NCBI GenBank assembly: GCA_963717145.1 | Contig: OY970325.1 | Location: forward strand, 2,944,001 to 3,008,000 | Reading direction: 5' to 3' | Length of the DNA: 64,000 nucleotides | DNA from: an uncultured Armatimonadetes bacterium | GTDB taxonomy: Bacteria; Armatimonadota; UBA5829; DTJY01 | Part shown: in pieces, positions 60,822-64,000 of the stretch | Layout: the number at the start of each line of letters is the position of its first letter | How positions within the stretch are numbered: position 1 is the stretch's first letter | Notes under the pieces: model-generated | Told to the model about the DNA's origin: nothing | The model's input: only the letters and a program-made list of their open reading frames with translations | The model's database searches: none | Made by a program: the position numbers and the translations under genes

Positions 60822-61493
60822 CTAGCCACCCGGTTTCGGCTGACCCTCGGGGCCGCCTGGCTTCCCATCGCCGCCCGGTTTCGCCGGAGCCGCAGGCGCA
60901 TCGGTCTTGTTCTCACCCATCGTCAGGGTGAACTGCAGTCCGTTCTTCTCGAGCACCACCAACTGCGAGTTGATCGTCATCACGCGGTAACCGAAGGCGC
61001 TCTCGCCCTGCCCGACGAACCGCGTCTCCTTGGACTGCAGGTTCTCGAGCAGAGCCATCTGTCCGCTCGGCATCCCGACCGCTCCGGTGAAAGCGATGTT
61101 CTTCTTGACCTCGTCGATGTTGCCCGCAGGAGCAACCGGCATCGGCGGGAGCAGCGGCTTAGCCGGGGGAGTTGGAGGCGTCGCGGGCTTGCCGCCTTGA
61201 CCGGGCTGCTGAACGGCGCCCACCGGCTGGAACAGGTTGCGCTCAACTATGATTGCATACGGATCACCGCTTGTGGACGCGGTGACGGCCCCGGCCTTGC
61301 CCTTCTTCTCATCAGCTCTGGCGTTGATCCCCTTAGCACCGGACTTGCCGGCGACGGCATAGGCAGGCGTCGTGTCGGCCATCTTTCTCACCGTAACCAC
61401 GACTCCACTGAGAATGACTATCATGGCGATCATGCAGTACGCCGCGATGCGCGGAGACACCTGAATCGATCGCAAACGGTCAATAGCGCTCAT
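60822..61493 (-). CDS. GspC/PilP-like T2SS/T4P accessory protein
   Basis: N-terminal TM, ERNLF, FTGAV...ALLEN...FVGQGE; position upstream of the secretin. Confidence 0.6.
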   Translation of the reverse strand: MSAIDRLRSIQVSPRIAAYCMIAMIVILSGVVVTVRKMADTTPAYAVAGKSGAKGINARADEKKGKAGAVTASTSGDPYAIIVERNLFQPVGAVQQPGQGGKPATPPTPPAKPLLPPMPVAPAGNIDEVKKNIAFTGAVGMPSGQMALLENLQSKETRFVGQGESAFGYRVMTINSQLVVLEKNGLQFTLTMGENKTDAPAAPAKPGGDGKPGGPEGQPKPGG

Positions 61494-62362
61494 TTCCTAC
61501 CTCCTTCAGGCACGGGCTCGGGCACTGGACTGCCCGCCTTGCTCGGGCCCGCTCCCGGCGAAACGGGCATCGCCGTGCCACCTGCCTGGATCCGGTCACC
61601 CGCCGGTTTGTCTCCATTACCGTTACGAGGCGGTCCCGTCCTGCGGGCCGAGCCGTTTGGTCGTTGCGACGGCCCTGCCGAGGACACTGCCGTCGGCGCT
61701 TTCACTGACGGCTGAGGAGCAGGTTTCGACGGCTGGTCCGCAGGTTTCGCGACGGCCTTGTCGGCTGACTTCGACTCTACCGCGGCAGTCTTGGCGGGTA
61801 CGACCGCCCGACGTCTCGTAACGCGCGAGTTCTTGTCGAGCACGACAAACGATGAGACGGTCATATTGACCTGCAGCTTGTCACTCTCACCCTGTGCATT
61901 CCGGACCTCAAGACGCTCGACGTCGATCAGAGGCACGGCGGTGCTCATGTCTTTCAGTAGTTTCGTGAGATTCTTCAGGTCGGTCTGGACGACGATCCTC
62001 ATCGGGAACCGCTCTATGTTGCTGGACGCGGTCATAGGCTCCGGCTGGAGGTTCTCGATCTTGAGGCCGTTTGCCTGGACGATGCCGGAGACCTGCGCCA
62101 CCATGAAGGGCATTTGATCGCTCCAGGAACAGGTGGACATGCGGCCTCCAAGCTTGAGGGCGAGGTCGCCATAGTCGTCACGCCACTTGGCACGGTCTTT
62201 CAACTCTCCCCTCGACTTGAGGAGGAGCTGCTTCTGCGCCTGGATGCCGTTGGACAGCCTCGACGCCGCCAACTGCTGGGCGATGACTCCGATTGCCAGG
62301 GCCACGACCAGTACGCCGAGCGCGGCGATCGCTACTACATGTATGCGCTTCGAGTTATTCAT
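61490..62362 (-). CDS. PilO/GspM-like protein
   Basis: TM, coiled coil, ferredoxin-like domain, Pro-rich tail; operon position. Confidence 0.65.
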   Translation of the reverse strand: MNNSKRIHVVAIAALGVLVVALAIGVIAQQLAASRLSNGIQAQKQLLLKSRGELKDRAKWRDDYGDLALKLGGRMSTCSWSDQMPFMVAQVSGIVQANGLKIENLQPEPMTASSNIERFPMRIVVQTDLKNLTKLLKDMSTAVPLIDVERLEVRNAQGESDKLQVNMTVSSFVVLDKNSRVTRRRAVVPAKTAAVESKSADKAVAKPADQPSKPAPQPSVKAPTAVSSAGPSQRPNGSARRTGPPRNGNGDKPAGDRIQAGGTAMPVSPGAGPSKAGSPVPEPVPEGGRK

Positions 62363-63971
62363 TGCACCACTATCCCCGTCTTCCCACTGCTGGCTGGTTT
62401 CACCTTGCCCGTCGAAGATCGGCCGACAAGACCCTTCTGAATGGGCAGCGAGCACGTAATCTGGAACTCATACCCCTGGCTGCTCTTCGCCAGGTTCGAG
62501 AAATCCAATGACACATCTTTGAACAAGTCCAACTGGTTCAGCACATCAACGGCATCGGCAACCGCCGAGTTGGAAAGCGCTGATCCCTTGACGACGACCG
62601 CCTTGTTGCACTCGAAGGCGTACTCCGACAGCCAGACGCTTCTCGGCAGGACCGTGCTCATCTGGCGCAGAATGTCCAGCGGACAGGTCTCCTTGTTCTG
62701 AATCGCCTGCACGACCTGCGTCACGTTGCCGGCCGGCGACTGAAGGTTCGGGCCGGCCTGTCGCGTGTTCCGTTGGATGACATCCACCTCGGACTTCACC
62801 AGGTTGAACTCGGCGGACTTTTCGCTGAGTCCCGGGCCGCCCCCCAGCAGCATCATGAGGAGGACCACCGCGACCCCACCGAGGCTCGACAGAGTCACAA
62901 TCTCCTTGCGGCGGCGAGTCCGTTCCTCAGCACGGTGCTGCGGCATCAGGTTCACGGTTGACTTGCCCTCAAGCCCTGCCTTCGCCAGTCCGGTGGCCGT
63001 CGCGAATTCGGCCGGCGAGCCGCGCAACGTGTGCTCTGCTACGGCGCTGATGGTCATGCCGGCCCACGGATCCCCGATCTCCAACTGCAGGCCGGCTCGC
63101 CGAGTAAGCTCATCAGCCAGTCCCGGCACGTCCGTTACCTCGCCGACGAGTACCGCGCGCTGCGGGCGCTGGTCGCTCTCTTCGAGCCGGCGCAGATACC
63201 GCCGAACGGCGTATCTTCGAGGGAGAGTTTCTCCACCCAGCCCTCGATCGCGGGGCACTCCGCGGCCCCGAGGGTCGAGAGCGGCGAGAGTCCCCGAGTC
63301 TTCCTGATCTCCCTGGCATCCTCGGCGTTCTCGCTCAAGTCTTGTGTGAAGGCTTGCGTAAGCTCATCGCTTCCCACGCGAGCCGTCCGGTATGAGATGA
63401 TCTGATCGCCATCCACCGTGCAGAAGTCGGCCCACTCAGCCCCCACCTGCACCACAAGGACGGGCTCGTCTTTCGGCAGGACGACTCCATCGACCGCCGC
63501 CAGCGCGGATACCATCAGAGCATCCGGAGAGAGTTTCGCCCGCTCCAACGCTCCGAGGGTCTTCTCGACATCGGACTTGCGCACTCCTCCGATCACGACG
63601 TGGCACATCGCATCGCCGGTTTCGGAATCCACGCTGTAATCCCATACGAGATCGCTCAAGGGGAGCGGGATCTGCGACTCGGCCTCGAAGCGCACCATCC
63701 GCGCCAGGTCGGCCGGTTTCGCCTTCGGGACCTGGGCAAGCTTCACGGAGCAAAGGTGAGTCGGAAGCGATCCGACCACCCGCCCGGGGCTCGTCTCAGT
63801 GTCGAGCAGGAAGTCGCTCAGCGCCGCGGAGACATCGCCGTCCTCGGGGACGGAAATGCACGCCGCCTGAGTCACCTCGAGCTTTCCGGCCGTCCTTCTG
63901 AGTTCGACTACTCTGATATCCTTGACACCGATATCGATGCCAAGACACGTCTTTGGACCTAGTATTGTCAT
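62359..63971 (-). CDS. PilM-PilN fusion (GspL-like); frameshifts near 63190-63220
   Basis: LGIDIG...VVEL, VRFEAESQIP, EIRRS (middle frame), GLA...VNLMP, TM, PRSVWL...VKGSA (PilN). Confidence 0.75.
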
Positions 63972-64000
63972 AAGTTACTCCCGCCAGTATTTGGTCTGGA

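Noticed and set aside
1-64000. tRNA, rRNA or known riboswitch
   Set aside because: None was recognisable by eye; tRNAscan-SE and Infernal would be needed to exclude them.

Overview
GC-rich bacterial window. The gene repertoire (poly-Gly lipoprotein, several UroD-family proteins, large glycosidases, fused PilM-PilN T2SS) suggests an Armatimonadota-like anaerobe; this is inference only. Left to right: (1) comM/yifB followed by accessory cassettes (HicAB, DUF2283, membrane protein, AlbA_2/Schlafen protein) separated by duplicated gene fragments. (2) A putative operon with a membrane protein ending in a (His-x-Ala-Cys)n tail, an RRE/PqqD-radical SAM-SPASM enzyme, two hypotheticals and oligoendopeptidase F; this is the best candidate for an undescribed system, a RiPP-like modification of a membrane-anchored protein. 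(3) pgi, two tandem ~1090-aa putative glycosidases and a GH116. (4) A heavily frameshifted mvhD-metF-split glutamate synthase-hdrCBA-mvhD-metV cluster with an inserted four-helix-bundle gene flanked by inverted heptamer arrays. (5) A nuclease-NTPase-42-aa-repeat protein resembling Avs/NLR-type defence proteins. (6) An FN3-like gene beside a 21/42-bp tandem array, then a TPR plus secreted-protein operon. (7) Two tandem IS66 copies sharing one target site, an IS1182, a Tat oxidoreductase and a T2SS/T4P operon. Several REP-like palindrome families occur throughout, at least five copies inside coding sequences without breaking the frame. No tRNA, rRNA or CRISPR array was seen. Family assignments come from motif recognition by eye, not database searches.
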